From the NCBI GenBank assembly GCA_946965045.2, contig OX337242.1:124001-188000 (forward strand): 64,000 nt of DNA, read 5' to 3'. This document shows, in pieces, positions 32,401-43,060 of this stretch (position 1 is its first letter; each line of letters opens with the position of its first letter). This DNA is from Epithemia pelagica. Its lineage: Eukaryota; Protista; Bacillariophyta. The notes under the pieces were generated by a model that did not search any database, had not been told where the DNA came from, and saw nothing but the letters and a program-made list of their open reading frames with translations. The position numbers and the translations under genes are program-made.

Positions 32401-33012
32401 TTAGGCCGCTCCTCCTCGATTGAGAAAGGCACTCAAACTGGGTCGTCCTCCTGCGTTTGAATGATTCTTGTTGTTGTTGGACCGAGATCTCGAGCGCCGG
32501 CCCTGGGATGATCGTCCACTTCGTGGAGATACCGGCGGAGAATTGGTATAGGTTCGCTTGGTATGAGGCGTTTTGCGCGGTTCCAAAATCACGACACACT
32601 GGGCACTGGCGGCCTGCACTTGTCGTTCTTCTTGACGCGAGCGCAAGGGCGAGGCCAAGAGGCGTCGGCGTCGTTGTCGTTCTGCCGCCGCACTTGATCG
32701 GGGTTTGGGTTCGTAAATGACCAAGGTTTCCGAATGCGACGTTTTGGACAAGACTTCGTCGTCGTCATTCGAATCATGGTCGTAGTAGTCATGCTCGTCG
32801 TCCTGACTGCTGGGCTCCGTCGGATCGTCGGAAATGACGACAATTTCACCACCGGCCATCATGATGATATCTTGAGGCGGATTTTTGGTGGTACTGACTT
32901 CGGTGTGTTCGGGAAGGATTGTGGATGGAGGTGAGGTAGAACTGTCACGACGAGTCGTTGTCGTCGTAGTAGTAGGAGGAGAAGGACTGGATCGTTCGTG
33001 AAGACGAGTCAT
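32401..33012 (-). CDS. Disordered protein with SUMO-interacting-motif-like segments (203 aa)
   Basis: EIVVISDD followed by an acidic run, plus LVIYE and CVVILE; R/S-rich C-terminus. Confidence 0.45.
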   Translation of the reverse strand: MTRLHERSSPSPPTTTTTTTRRDSSTSPPSTILPEHTEVSTTKNPPQDIIMMAGGEIVVISDDPTEPSSQDDEHDYYDHDSNDDDEVLSKTSHSETLVIYEPKPRSSAAAERQRRRRLLASPLRSRQEERQVQAASAQCVVILEPRKTPHTKRTYTNSPPVSPRSGRSSQGRRSRSRSNNNKNHSNAGGRPSLSAFLNRGGAA

Positions 33013-36000
33013 GTTGGAACGTGTAGATGGGAAAGGTGAGTTTGTGTCTCGTTCAAAGAACTAAATTGGTGCGGTAGTAGTAGTGGTATCTTGAGAGCAA
33101 CACACAAACAAGAGCGAGGGATCGTTCACCAACTAGAGAAGCAACAAGAAATAAATCATGTGATTCCTCGTTTTGTGAGTCGTTTGCGTTTATGCTAGAA
33201 ACTGGCGTTGGGGAGATCAATCCGTATTTTGTCGTGTCGCTCGACTCGTGGGGTGCGTGTGGTATCCTCCATCCATCGATCCTTGATTCGTTTCATGGTT
33301 TGCTTTGGCTTTGACGGGTTTGCTTTCACTTGTGCCTCCCTAAACGATGCCTCACCATAAAATTTCAATCTCAACGCTCCTTGGGGATGATGGGTTCTTG
33401 TGCACGGAGGGCAGTGCTCCTGGTGACTTCCAATTATTCGTAAAACTGTCATTCCGGAATTGCCCTTCACATTTCACAATCCAACCGATGAGGGCCATTC
33501 CTTATGGTTGTGGTACAAAGTACAAAGAAGCCGGGTATGCGACGCACGCGCCGCCCGACCAAGCGTTGTGGTCTCATATCCTCAGATCCACACAAACAGA
33601 ACAAACTACTACCCTCGTCCGTATACCCACAAGAAGGCAAAGAGAGACGACTACCTACTCGGCACCCTCCCACCCAAGGGACAGGAGGACTGGGCAAGCG
33701 CTGGATATGGAACTGGCACTGGATGTTCTTGTTGTTGTTGTTGTGTGAGTGAGTCCCATCCATTCATAGTTTTTTATGGTTCCTCCACCACAATGGCAAC
33801 CGGCAATTCGAGTGGAATATCCATATCTATCTATCGAATGATTATCTAATAAAGGACACGAAAAACCGTACCTACCCGCACACTTGATTACCTCCACAAG
33901 CTACACATTCACTAGTACTCCAGAGAAAGAGAGAGTGGTGTGTTGCGAGTCATGCGCCGTTGCTGTGACTTAAGCGCGCACTCGCAGCTTTTTCACTACC
34001 GCCGTTCGACGATGGTGACGAGAGAACGACACTGACGGCACCATTCTTTGGGATTCGCGTCGTTTCCTCTACATGGAATCCAGCAACGACAGAACGCAGC
34101 ACATTGCGTTGCCCGTTGCAGTCTGTGGACCTGTGTGTGCGGAAAAGAAGGAATGGACCAACACGGTGGACAGAGCGGCCAAAGACTTCCAAGTTCGCCT
34201 CTCTCTTTCTCTAGTGTTGGTAGTCTCCTCCTCGTCGTCGTCGTCGTTCTAGCTACTACCTAGTAGTATGTTTTGTCCCAACGTTCCAGTCAACAAGTTT
34301 CCAGTGAGAGGCGAGTGACCCATGGGATTCCTATGTACAGTCGATGGTGTACAACCTGTAAACCCCGACCGGCGCGCTTGGGACCCAGTGTTGCGGCTTG
34401 TTGGGCTTGTTGCGAAGCAGTTTTCGAGAACCCTCGTTTCTCTTCTATATATCCTCAGCGGTTGAGATTATTGTGGGTCGCATATGAGAAATGAATGTTT
34501 CGAAAATATCATGAATTAGGACAACGCAACAGCGACCTATTTGTTGACACCCGCTGGGGTATTGTCAGTGGGTTCGCTCTTGCTCAAACACACTTGTCAC
34601 TGACACATTTTTGGACAAAATCTCTCTCTCTCTCATCGTTCTCCATAGAACTTGAAGGATGACAACCACCACCCAACACCAAGAGTAAAATGCCCTCTCT
34701 CTTTGCCCTGAATCATCAAGTCGCTTTGTGGATGTGCACATAGATTGGCAAGAAGCAGCAACTGTTGGTTTGGTGGACACACCAGCACAAGGAAGGAGAA
34801 GGAGAAGGCATGCCGTAGAGAGGTATCGAGTCCAGAATAGGGTCGTCGTCGTCGTCGTCGTCTTGGCCGTCGTGTTTGGTACTGCGAATGACGGGTTCTG
34901 GTCGATCATGGAGGCGCCCCAACAGTTCAATCAATAATGTCAGTGATCACAAACGAAGATCCGCAGTCGATCCGAAATCATCCTCCCAAACAAAACAAAA
35001 CCATGGACAAACGCGTGTGTGTGTGTTCCGGAGATTGTCGCTTTTGTTTCTCACCGCGTCGTCATGGAAATGACCACCACCATCACCACAGTTGAAACCA
35101 AGGAGGAGCGACGGCAAGCAAAGGAACATGGTCCCAAAAAAGAGGACACTTTTGTGTGTGTGTGCCTAAATGCACCATAAAAAAAGGAAAGGGCTCCGAG
35201 CAAACGATTGATACTTGCGACCATCAAAGAGTCGTCGGGGCTCACCTCCTATACATGGACCGTGTCGACAGCGTGCTGCGGTGCAAAAATAACACAAGTT
35301 GTTGTCCTTGTCGTCGTCCTTCTTTTTGGTGACCATGACCAACAAGATTACGTGGTGGCATCATCCCAAGTCGTCATTGTCGTTCAATGTTGTCCTTGTA
35401 AAAGTCCAAATTCTCGATCCACACTCTCCTCTGCAGACGACAGTTTGTCGCGACCTAGAGAGAGAGTGCCCCCCTTCGCGAAGCACAAGAGTTTGTGTTC
35501 TCTCGACCGAATCATGATGGAAACCACAACCGCATGGACGCCAGGAAGAAATCTCACACCAAAAAAGAAACACACTAGGACAACAAGGAAACCAACCATC
35601 ACCACAACAACCACCATTTGTGACGACAAGGAGTTTGGCTGGACGGACGACGACCCAACAACGGTTTGCAACGTTTCGCATGTTTAGTAGTGTCGTGTCG
35701 TGACCCAACGCCGAGGCGCCCAATGGAATGACGGACGACAGCGGAACGCAACGACCACCACAACAACACGACCAGCATTACTAGAATGTCAGGAACCAAA
35801 GTGATTGGTACTCGTTTGCCGTGTGGACTGGTTGTTGTCGTGGTGGACTAAAGAAATGTGTGCCAATCCTAAGTACCATTCATTCCTCTACACGCTGGTG
35901 GGTGAGACCATTATTCCTGTGACACCCAGAGGAGGCGCGCCCGATTCGAAACCAAAAAAAGGCCAAAACACTGGAGCATGGAGCAGCGGGATATCCGGAA

Positions 36001-38213
36001 AAAAGGGCAAGCCACCACATGGAGCCACCTTTACTACAGATGGTGGCCGAATAAACACGGTTGACGACGATCCCTATCGGGATAACTGATCCTTTACCAC
36101 AAACACTTGGAGAGCTGCTGGACGATACAACTTTACGACGCCAACAAGACACAAACACACACACAGACCCAAAGAGAAGAAGAAGAAGAGGAGGAGCAAA
36201 CCGAAGGTGGCATTCCAATCCACGACTCCACAGAGTATGGTGTGTTGCGAGTCATGCCGTTGGGACTTGCACACTGTTTGACAATGGTGACGAGAACGAC
36301 GGCAACACCGGCAACAGCATGGATGCGCTTCTATGCACCTTTGAAATCAGCCTGTGTCACGGAGCAGTCCAACTCACCCTTTTTTGCGCTACTGGATACC
36401 ATGGAATCGGATTCCTAGGGTCCAGAAACAAATTGGAATGACGCAACACGGTTCACTCCTCCTGGAGAGTCGAGACCAACGAATGCACAAAAGAGATGAG
36501 TGCCGTTTACGATCCCAGGATGACATGGCTGCCGAAAAGAAGGGGGTGTATGGGCCAGCGGGTAGAAATCGCGACACAAAAGAGGCTGGACCAACCCTCC
36601 TCATTCGAGAACATGGACGAGGATGCTGCTGTCCCGTTTTCGGAGAAACGGTTCCCTCAAACTCGTGAGTAGTAGAACCAAGAATCAAAAGTGGGAACCA
36701 GCAACCATGGATGTGTTTGACGAAACAACTGTGCATGACACACACAAGTCACGATAAAAGTGGGCATAGAAACGAAGAAAAATTGTCACGAATGAATGAT
36801 ATTGGACCCCAACGAGAAAGTGAAAAGCAATGATTCGGGATCGAGTTCAATGCGCCATTAACCAAAATCCATGAGCCATGAGCCATCAGCCATCCAGTCA
36901 ATTCACGACGACGACCACCAACATTAGTATGGTCGTTGAAGATGCCGCGTCAACCAAAAAAAACACATATGACAATTCGAATCCACATCGGTCCTCTCTA
37001 GTCATGAGACAACATGGGCTAGCCCTTTCGCATCACCGGCAAGCCAGTTCGGTTGGACGGTTGCCCCATTTTTCTGTCTTTGGCTGGTTTTGTTCCGGAT
37101 ACCAACTCCAAGTCCAAGGACAGCTCCATGCTCTGTCCTCAATTTGTTAATTGAAGAATCCAGAGACCAATGCTTTTGGCGGAGATGGGGCAAACCGGGT
37201 CTGGAATTGTGACTCTTTTTGGTTGGGCAGTTACTTGCTATGTCAATGGACTGAGTCCCGGTTGTTTCTCAGTCGTGGAGAATGTCTCATCCGAACCTTG
37301 GGGACACGCACTGCGTCTACGAAAAGTTGCTGGGTAACATCCAACCGTTGTGCCCATATGATTTGATATTGGTTGGGGAGTGAACGCAACCGGATGCCAT
37401 CGTGGCACAGAGTCATACTGGGACAATGGCTTGGGCCGTCCATGGCTCGGTTGGCCATACTACCTACTATCGGATCCTATAATAATTCTGATAGGATCCG
37501 AATCCACCAGTAGATGGCCGTATGGATCTGTCCGGACGGAGGTTGCTGTTTTTGGGAGACACATCCTGTCATTGTCATTCTTCGTTTCAATCATCTGTAT
37601 CGAAAAAGAAGGACACTTTTGGCAGTTTGTCAAAGAGACGTGCGAGAATCCACGGGGGTTTGGACGGAAATTTACCATAATTCGTTTTGAGATTCAACTA
37701 GGTGGCCTCTTGGCATTGGGGTGGGGAAACTAACCCCCTACTTCTCTTTTTTCCTCTTGGACATAATTGACAATTGGCAACCAACGCGGATGCATCGGGC
37801 CTAAGGGCAACAACAACACTACCAACGCCACTGAACGAATTCCGTGTTGGTAGTTGTGGTGTTGATGCAGCATATCCAAGAGAAGTGTAATTCTTTTGGT
37901 GTAGTAGTCCATGATTGGAGAGCGTTGCGGGTCTCACCTGAAACAAAAACGAGGACACCCAATTTCAGTTCGAGTATAGCATCATCAAGTTCTGTGATTC
38001 ACAATCCAACAAATTGATTTTCAATCCATCACACTTTTGCTTGACTCAGTCTTTGCGCCATTATCACACAAGAACCCAGGGTTGGCGTGTTCGAGGCCGT
38101 TTGTTTTTACAAAACCTGGTTTGTCATTGGGTTTTAGATTTGAAGTTTGTTGTGGTTGGTATTTGGAAAGTGTGGTGAGGAATCGTTTCTGCTCGAGTAG
38201 TAGAAGCCCCATC

Positions 38214-39863
38214 ATGAATCTCATGACCTCGGAAATGGATCCATCCCAACCACCTCAACCATACTACGGTAGTAGTAGTTCTAGTGACAGGTCTCCACCA
38301 GTATCACAAGACGAACCGAGTGCCGATCCAGCAGGGACAACTGGTACCACCAATGCTTTGGGTGCTACTCCTCCTAGTAGTACTAGTGCTAGTACAAGAC
38401 GAATGGGCCGCCCTCCCACTCGCTTGTACATGCCCCGCACGGATCATGGCTTGTTTTCTCCCTATCACGTTTTGATTCGTCAAAATGTGGAACTCTTTGA
38501 AGCGACAGTGGAACACGATGGGGCCCGGCAACGGATCCCACCCACTCGGGCCGTATCCTCGTCCCTCATGGCGGCCATGCGGAGATCCGTGACGGCGGAG
38601 GCGGGCGGTGGTGAGAGTACTACCGACGAAGAGGATGTTGTGCCAGTGCCAGTACCACCAGACAAGGCACACACGGCAGCGGATACTACATTTATCAGTA
38701 GCGAGAAATCCACTGCTAGTACCAGCAGCTCTCCAAGAATGTCGGGTGGTTCCACTACCACTTTGGTGAGAAGCAATCCAGATTCCTCGCCTCAAGCAGT
38801 AGCCGTATCATCCATGGCGGCAGCAACACCCGCTCCGGCTCCGGGCTATGGAGGTCTCTTGGCCGCAGGTCGCTCGATGTCCTTTACGGGTCGTCGAGAA
38901 GGTGCTCGTGGCAGTGCCACCTTGCGGCGCAGGGGTGGCCGTCGCCACAATTATCGACCTTTATTGGGGCAAGTGGGGTTGCGATGTTGTTTTTGTGCAC
39001 GGCAGATGGAACAACAAGAACAAGAACAACAAGACACACAAGGACCTTTGGAAGCGACCGTGTGTCTTCCTGCATCCGGGAGACGAGAAGACCAAACAAA
39101 GAACAAGAGGGAAACCACCAGTGGCAGTCCCCAACCCGTCAACCACATGGCCTCTTCGACGCATTATCCCTTGCAATTGGGAGATGTGGCACAAGCCGCC
39201 CACAGCATTGCCAATAGTCATTGGATTGATTATTGTCACAACATTCCCCCCTCGGTACGAATGGAACTCATGAACTTGCGCAGTACACAGAGTACGGGGA
39301 CGGTGAAAAAGGCGTGGGTGGACAGTCTCCGTGCCTTGGGAGTGGTGGAAAGTCATGAACCCCATGTCGCGTCCCAAATACAACACCATCCACAAGCACA
39401 ACAACACGACTCGGAGGATGACGATTGGTCTCTGGCTTCGAGTGCACGGCCTACGACAAGCGCGGCCACCGGTGCTACTGCTACCGGTAATAGTGGTGGT
39501 GGTGGAGGTCTCAAGTTTCTTCCCGTGTATACCAAAGAAAATCACCGTCCCGCATTCGTGTCGTTGAGTACGACTCGTGTGGACACGACCTTGCCCACGC
39601 GGTCCGACTTTCGGGTCGGTCCCCTAGTAATACCAAACGAATTGGTGCAACGCGAAGAAGCCAAGGCGGATGCCAGGGGAATGACCACGGGAAGAACAAG
39701 CCGCAGCAGCAGTCGATGGGATTCCAGTAATCGTAGTCACACCAAAAGTCCAGACCGGCCTTGGGCCGAAGGCAAAGAACAAGATCGTCAACAACAACAA
39801 CAACAACCGCTCCCCGTGACCCAGCGACAAGAGCTGCAAGACGAAAGCGAACAAGACAGTTGA
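38214..39863 (+). CDS. Diatom GQVGxxCxxC-family protein of unknown function (549 aa)
   Basis: First ATG at 38214. Blocks DHGLFSPYHVLIRQNVELF / GQVGLRCCFC / YPLQLGDVAQAAHSIANSHWIDYCHNIP / KKAWVDSLRALGVVE / GLKF are shared with 49624-52503. Confidence 0.8.
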   Translation: MNLMTSEMDPSQPPQPYYGSSSSSDRSPPVSQDEPSADPAGTTGTTNALGATPPSSTSASTRRMGRPPTRLYMPRTDHGLFSPYHVLIRQNVELFEATVEHDGARQRIPPTRAVSSSLMAAMRRSVTAEAGGGESTTDEEDVVPVPVPPDKAHTAADTTFISSEKSTASTSSSPRMSGGSTTTLVRSNPDSSPQAVAVSSMAAATPAPAPGYGGLLAAGRSMSFTGRREGARGSATLRRRGGRRHNYRPLLGQVGLRCCFCARQMEQQEQEQQDTQGPLEATVCLPASGRREDQTKNKRETTSGSPQPVNHMASSTHYPLQLGDVAQAAHSIANSHWIDYCHNIPPSVRMELMNLRSTQSTGTVKKAWVDSLRALGVVESHEPHVASQIQHHPQAQQHDSEDDDWSLASSARPTTSAATGATATGNSGGGGGLKFLPVYTKENHRPAFVSLSTTRVDTTLPTRSDFRVGPLVIPNELVQREEAKADARGMTTGRTSRSSSRWDSSNRSHTKSPDRPWAEGKEQDRQQQQQQPLPVTQRQELQDESEQDS

Positions 39864-40396
39864 GAGTCAACAACAACAATTAGGTTCACTGCCTATATCC
39901 CATGTGCGTGAGGGTCAAATGGAGCATGTCTTGTTGCGTGCCGACTATGAAGAAACACTCTTTTCAAACACAGCAAATCATTGTCATTAACAACTAGTGC
40001 AATCTGTTGTGTTTGGAAAACCCCAAAGGAAACTGTAGGACGCGTGTTCTATTTCTACCTCTAGAGACCCTTCGTCTTTGCCGATGCTTCATCATCCTTC
40101 GATAGCTGCCATATGGAGAGGAAAGTTGAATCGTTCTTCTGTCTTTGATTCACGAGGGAGGGTATGCGCGCGATCTATCTATGTGACGTTGACAATAAGC
40201 GATAGTCTAAAACGTACTTAGGGAAAGTTTGATCTTGGTGTCGCGGGACGGACGGCTATCGAGCGAGCCGCTACAGAAATCCTGGCGAGCTCCGATCACG
40301 CATCAATTTGCACCATGTTGTGCGAACCATGATGCTGATGTAGCGAAATGCATTCGGGAAAACACTCTTCTGTGTGTGTTTGGGAGGGTTGTGGTG

Positions 40397-41965
40397 TTAC
40401 AGAAAGATGCGATGTTTGGTACTGACCTTGGCCCGACACAAGGGACAGGCTCGGACGCGACACGATTTGCAAAGACAAACATGACCGCAGGGAAGCAGTA
40501 CATGATCGGCGGGCGCATCCAAACAAACAACACAGGATCGTTCTTCAGGTTTTGGCTCGGGGACCAATGTCCTGGTGGTGGCTGCTACAGAAGGATTTGA
40601 AGCCACGGATGCCAGGGGACGTTTGTTTGAACGGGTGGACGATTCCATCCTGGGTTTGGAATCCAGCCAGGCGGTTACATCTTGAGAGGACACTGTAAAA
40701 ACACCCGCCTCGTCATTCTCATTGGCACCATTTGCCCGGTCAATGACAAACAGACTCATTCGAGTTCCATGTGTGACACTGGTCACGGCATGAAGGACTT
40801 GTGGTGGATGCTGTGTGAGGGATCCCGGAGTACGAGGAGGGAACTGGATCTGCCCATTGACAAAAAAGCACAACCGGCCTCCTTTATACTCGTGTTCGGG
40901 GTTGAGAGGAATTTGTGAAGTACTGGTGGCATTCATTACATTGTCGCAGTGAAAATTGATGCACGAAAGCGTCGGTCCTCGTGTCATGCGCAACACAATT
41001 TTGGGACTGCATGAACGGTTGGTTCCTGGAACGTTGTAGTAACTCTTTTCGAGTTTGACCACAGATGCGATCGCCTTGGAGTGTTCCCTTTTGCTGCAAG
41101 AAATCTTGTTGGACGGCATCATCATCATGACTTGGATCAGTTCGGCGTCTTGGATCACGAGTCGTAGATCGACTCGACGACTGGGAACCGCCGTCCCTTC
41201 GGGACGAGATGCATCGGCAGTTCGGTGCCACATGAATTTCAAAAAGCTGCACAAGCGCTGGCGTTGGTCCGGTGCAAGAATGTTGCAGTTCCCATTGTAC
41301 ACATAGGTGGCATTGGGCTTGGCGCCACAAGCCTTGGCTCGCGCATACAAGGCTTCCAACGGGAGGGTGCGTTTGATTCGATACTCATCCGATTGCATCA
41401 GATATTGAATCAGCGGGTTTCGAAAGTCCTCCATGGCAAAGGTACTAATCATACCTTTGCTGCCTTGTGGCTCGGGTTGAACGGTCAAGTGCAGCGTGGA
41501 TCCGCTCACAATCATGGGGTAGTCACTCACGAGCCGACCATTGTCCAATGATTTTCCGGCAATGGCGAGATGCTGCTGGTCTTTCGAAAGACCCGTCAGA
41601 ACCCGAACCTTTTCCTTGACGTCTTGAATGGTATCCAATCGCTCCACCGAGTCAATCACAATGGTTTCACCGGTCGTGGTGTTTCGCACCTGCAAGTAGG
41701 TACGTGCGGGTGCGATTCTTCTGGTACTGGGGCGCGGCCGCAACTGCAACCTGGCATGGTTCGGGACATTGCACGAGCCCAATGTCCATTCATCTTGTAG
41801 CTCTTGTCCTCCTAGTTGGAGAGAGTGCTGCTCGAGGGGACTGTTCTTGTTGGTGCTGTTGTCGTCAATCGCGTAAATGCATTCCTTGAGGTATCCCACC
41901 TTGTTGGACTGACGGGCATGAACAATAAACCGGGTTCCCTCCATGGTCTCGATACAAACCTGCAT
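40397..41965 (-). CDS. Ubl-Ubl-2OG-Fe(II) oxygenase-RING fusion protein (522 aa)
   Basis: Two ubiquitin-like domains (MQVCIETMEG...LQLGGQELQDEWTL; TIQDVKEKV...DQQHLAIAGKSLDNGR); oxygenase motifs FHCD...YKGGRL...LHAVT...GTRMSL; C3HC4 RING CVVC...LPCGHVCLCKSC...CPLCR. Confidence 0.9.
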   Translation of the reverse strand: MQVCIETMEGTRFIVHARQSNKVGYLKECIYAIDDNSTNKNSPLEQHSLQLGGQELQDEWTLGSCNVPNHARLQLRPRPSTRRIAPARTYLQVRNTTTGETIVIDSVERLDTIQDVKEKVRVLTGLSKDQQHLAIAGKSLDNGRLVSDYPMIVSGSTLHLTVQPEPQGSKGMISTFAMEDFRNPLIQYLMQSDEYRIKRTLPLEALYARAKACGAKPNATYVYNGNCNILAPDQRQRLCSFLKFMWHRTADASRPEGTAVPSRRVDLRLVIQDAELIQVMMMMPSNKISCSKREHSKAIASVVKLEKSYYNVPGTNRSCSPKIVLRMTRGPTLSCINFHCDNVMNATSTSQIPLNPEHEYKGGRLCFFVNGQIQFPPRTPGSLTQHPPQVLHAVTSVTHGTRMSLFVIDRANGANENDEAGVFTVSSQDVTAWLDSKPRMESSTRSNKRPLASVASNPSVAATTRTLVPEPKPEERSCVVCLDAPADHVLLPCGHVCLCKSCRVRACPLCRAKVSTKHRIFL

Positions 41966-43060
41966 TCTGGAATGGTCTCTACTCGAGTGTTTTTGGGTGG
42001 GTTTGTTTGAAATTTTTTCCCTCTAACTTTTGTGACCCCAATCGGTGCCTAGTAGGGTTTCTCAGTCGCCCTCATTTCAGATTTATAGCCGAGGTTGCGG
42101 TGAAGAGTTGCGAGAAAGATCATGACATCAGCTACCTGTAAGAGAACGTGGTAGGTGACAGATTGAAAGGGACATCAATAACTTTTTCTTGTTCGGTCAT
42201 GTCTGTACGGTATAACACGATCTTCTTCATGGCTGAGATCACTCGTTTTCCCGGTCGCGTTCCGTGAGGCAAACGTTGGTGCGGCTGCCGCATCTATTCT
42301 CTAGCTCTAACGTCATCCGCATGTACTACTACCATACACAGCTCCCTTAGCGTTGATGTGGTGACATGTGACATGCATGATTCAATTGCAACCACGTGGG
42401 AGACAGTGAGATGGTCATGCTTCAATGTTCAAGGCAGTCAAAGTCTAGTTTAGAGGGTAACTTCTTGTGCGCGGTTCGGCAAGGAGCACATAGCCAAGAC
42501 CAAAAATTTTCTGGAATGACTCCTTAAGTAAGTGACGAGCCTATGTCTGACAGGCTTGATCTTGATGTTCCGTATTGTTAAATATTCGTCGCTAATATCG
42601 TAAGAAACCATTCTTAAAGTTATGACGAGCTCAGAATTTTGGTCTTGGTATATCTTGAAATGAAATACATACCTCTAGATAATTTCTTTCAAGTCGCTTA
42701 TCCGTATACAAATCGAATGTCCGGACAGTTAGCTAGATAGAGCGCCGGGCAGCCCAATTTAACGCATCCAAATTCGGCATGCCGTTGCGCGCCCTGCCGA
42801 CCCAATCTAGCGATGGAACCCAGGGACTGTCTCATTTTTTCTCAGTTCCTGCCGTCCGAGAGATTTTCTGGACACAGAAATTGGATGCCACCCGTCTGTT
42901 GCTCTGGTTGCCTTTGGTGTGAAATTGAATCGTAGTGGAAAGCCTCTCTTTGAGACGACAATCGTGAGAAAGAGAAGAGCGAGAGAGAGAGATTACACAC
43001 TCATACAACAACCAAGGCGCAACAACTATAATATTCTCGACTCGGTCAAGCGCAAACACC

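Noticed and set aside
37151-37733. Possible decayed METTL21-like methyltransferase (RVWN...LGSYL, IILIGSE)
   Set aside because: Similarity is fragmentary, in different frames, and lacks the SAM-binding glycine motif.
42490-42650. Imperfect ~18-bp inverted repeat (CCAAGACCAAAA...CTG / CAG...TTTTGGTCTTGG)
   Set aside because: No TSD or clear termini; too short to call an element.
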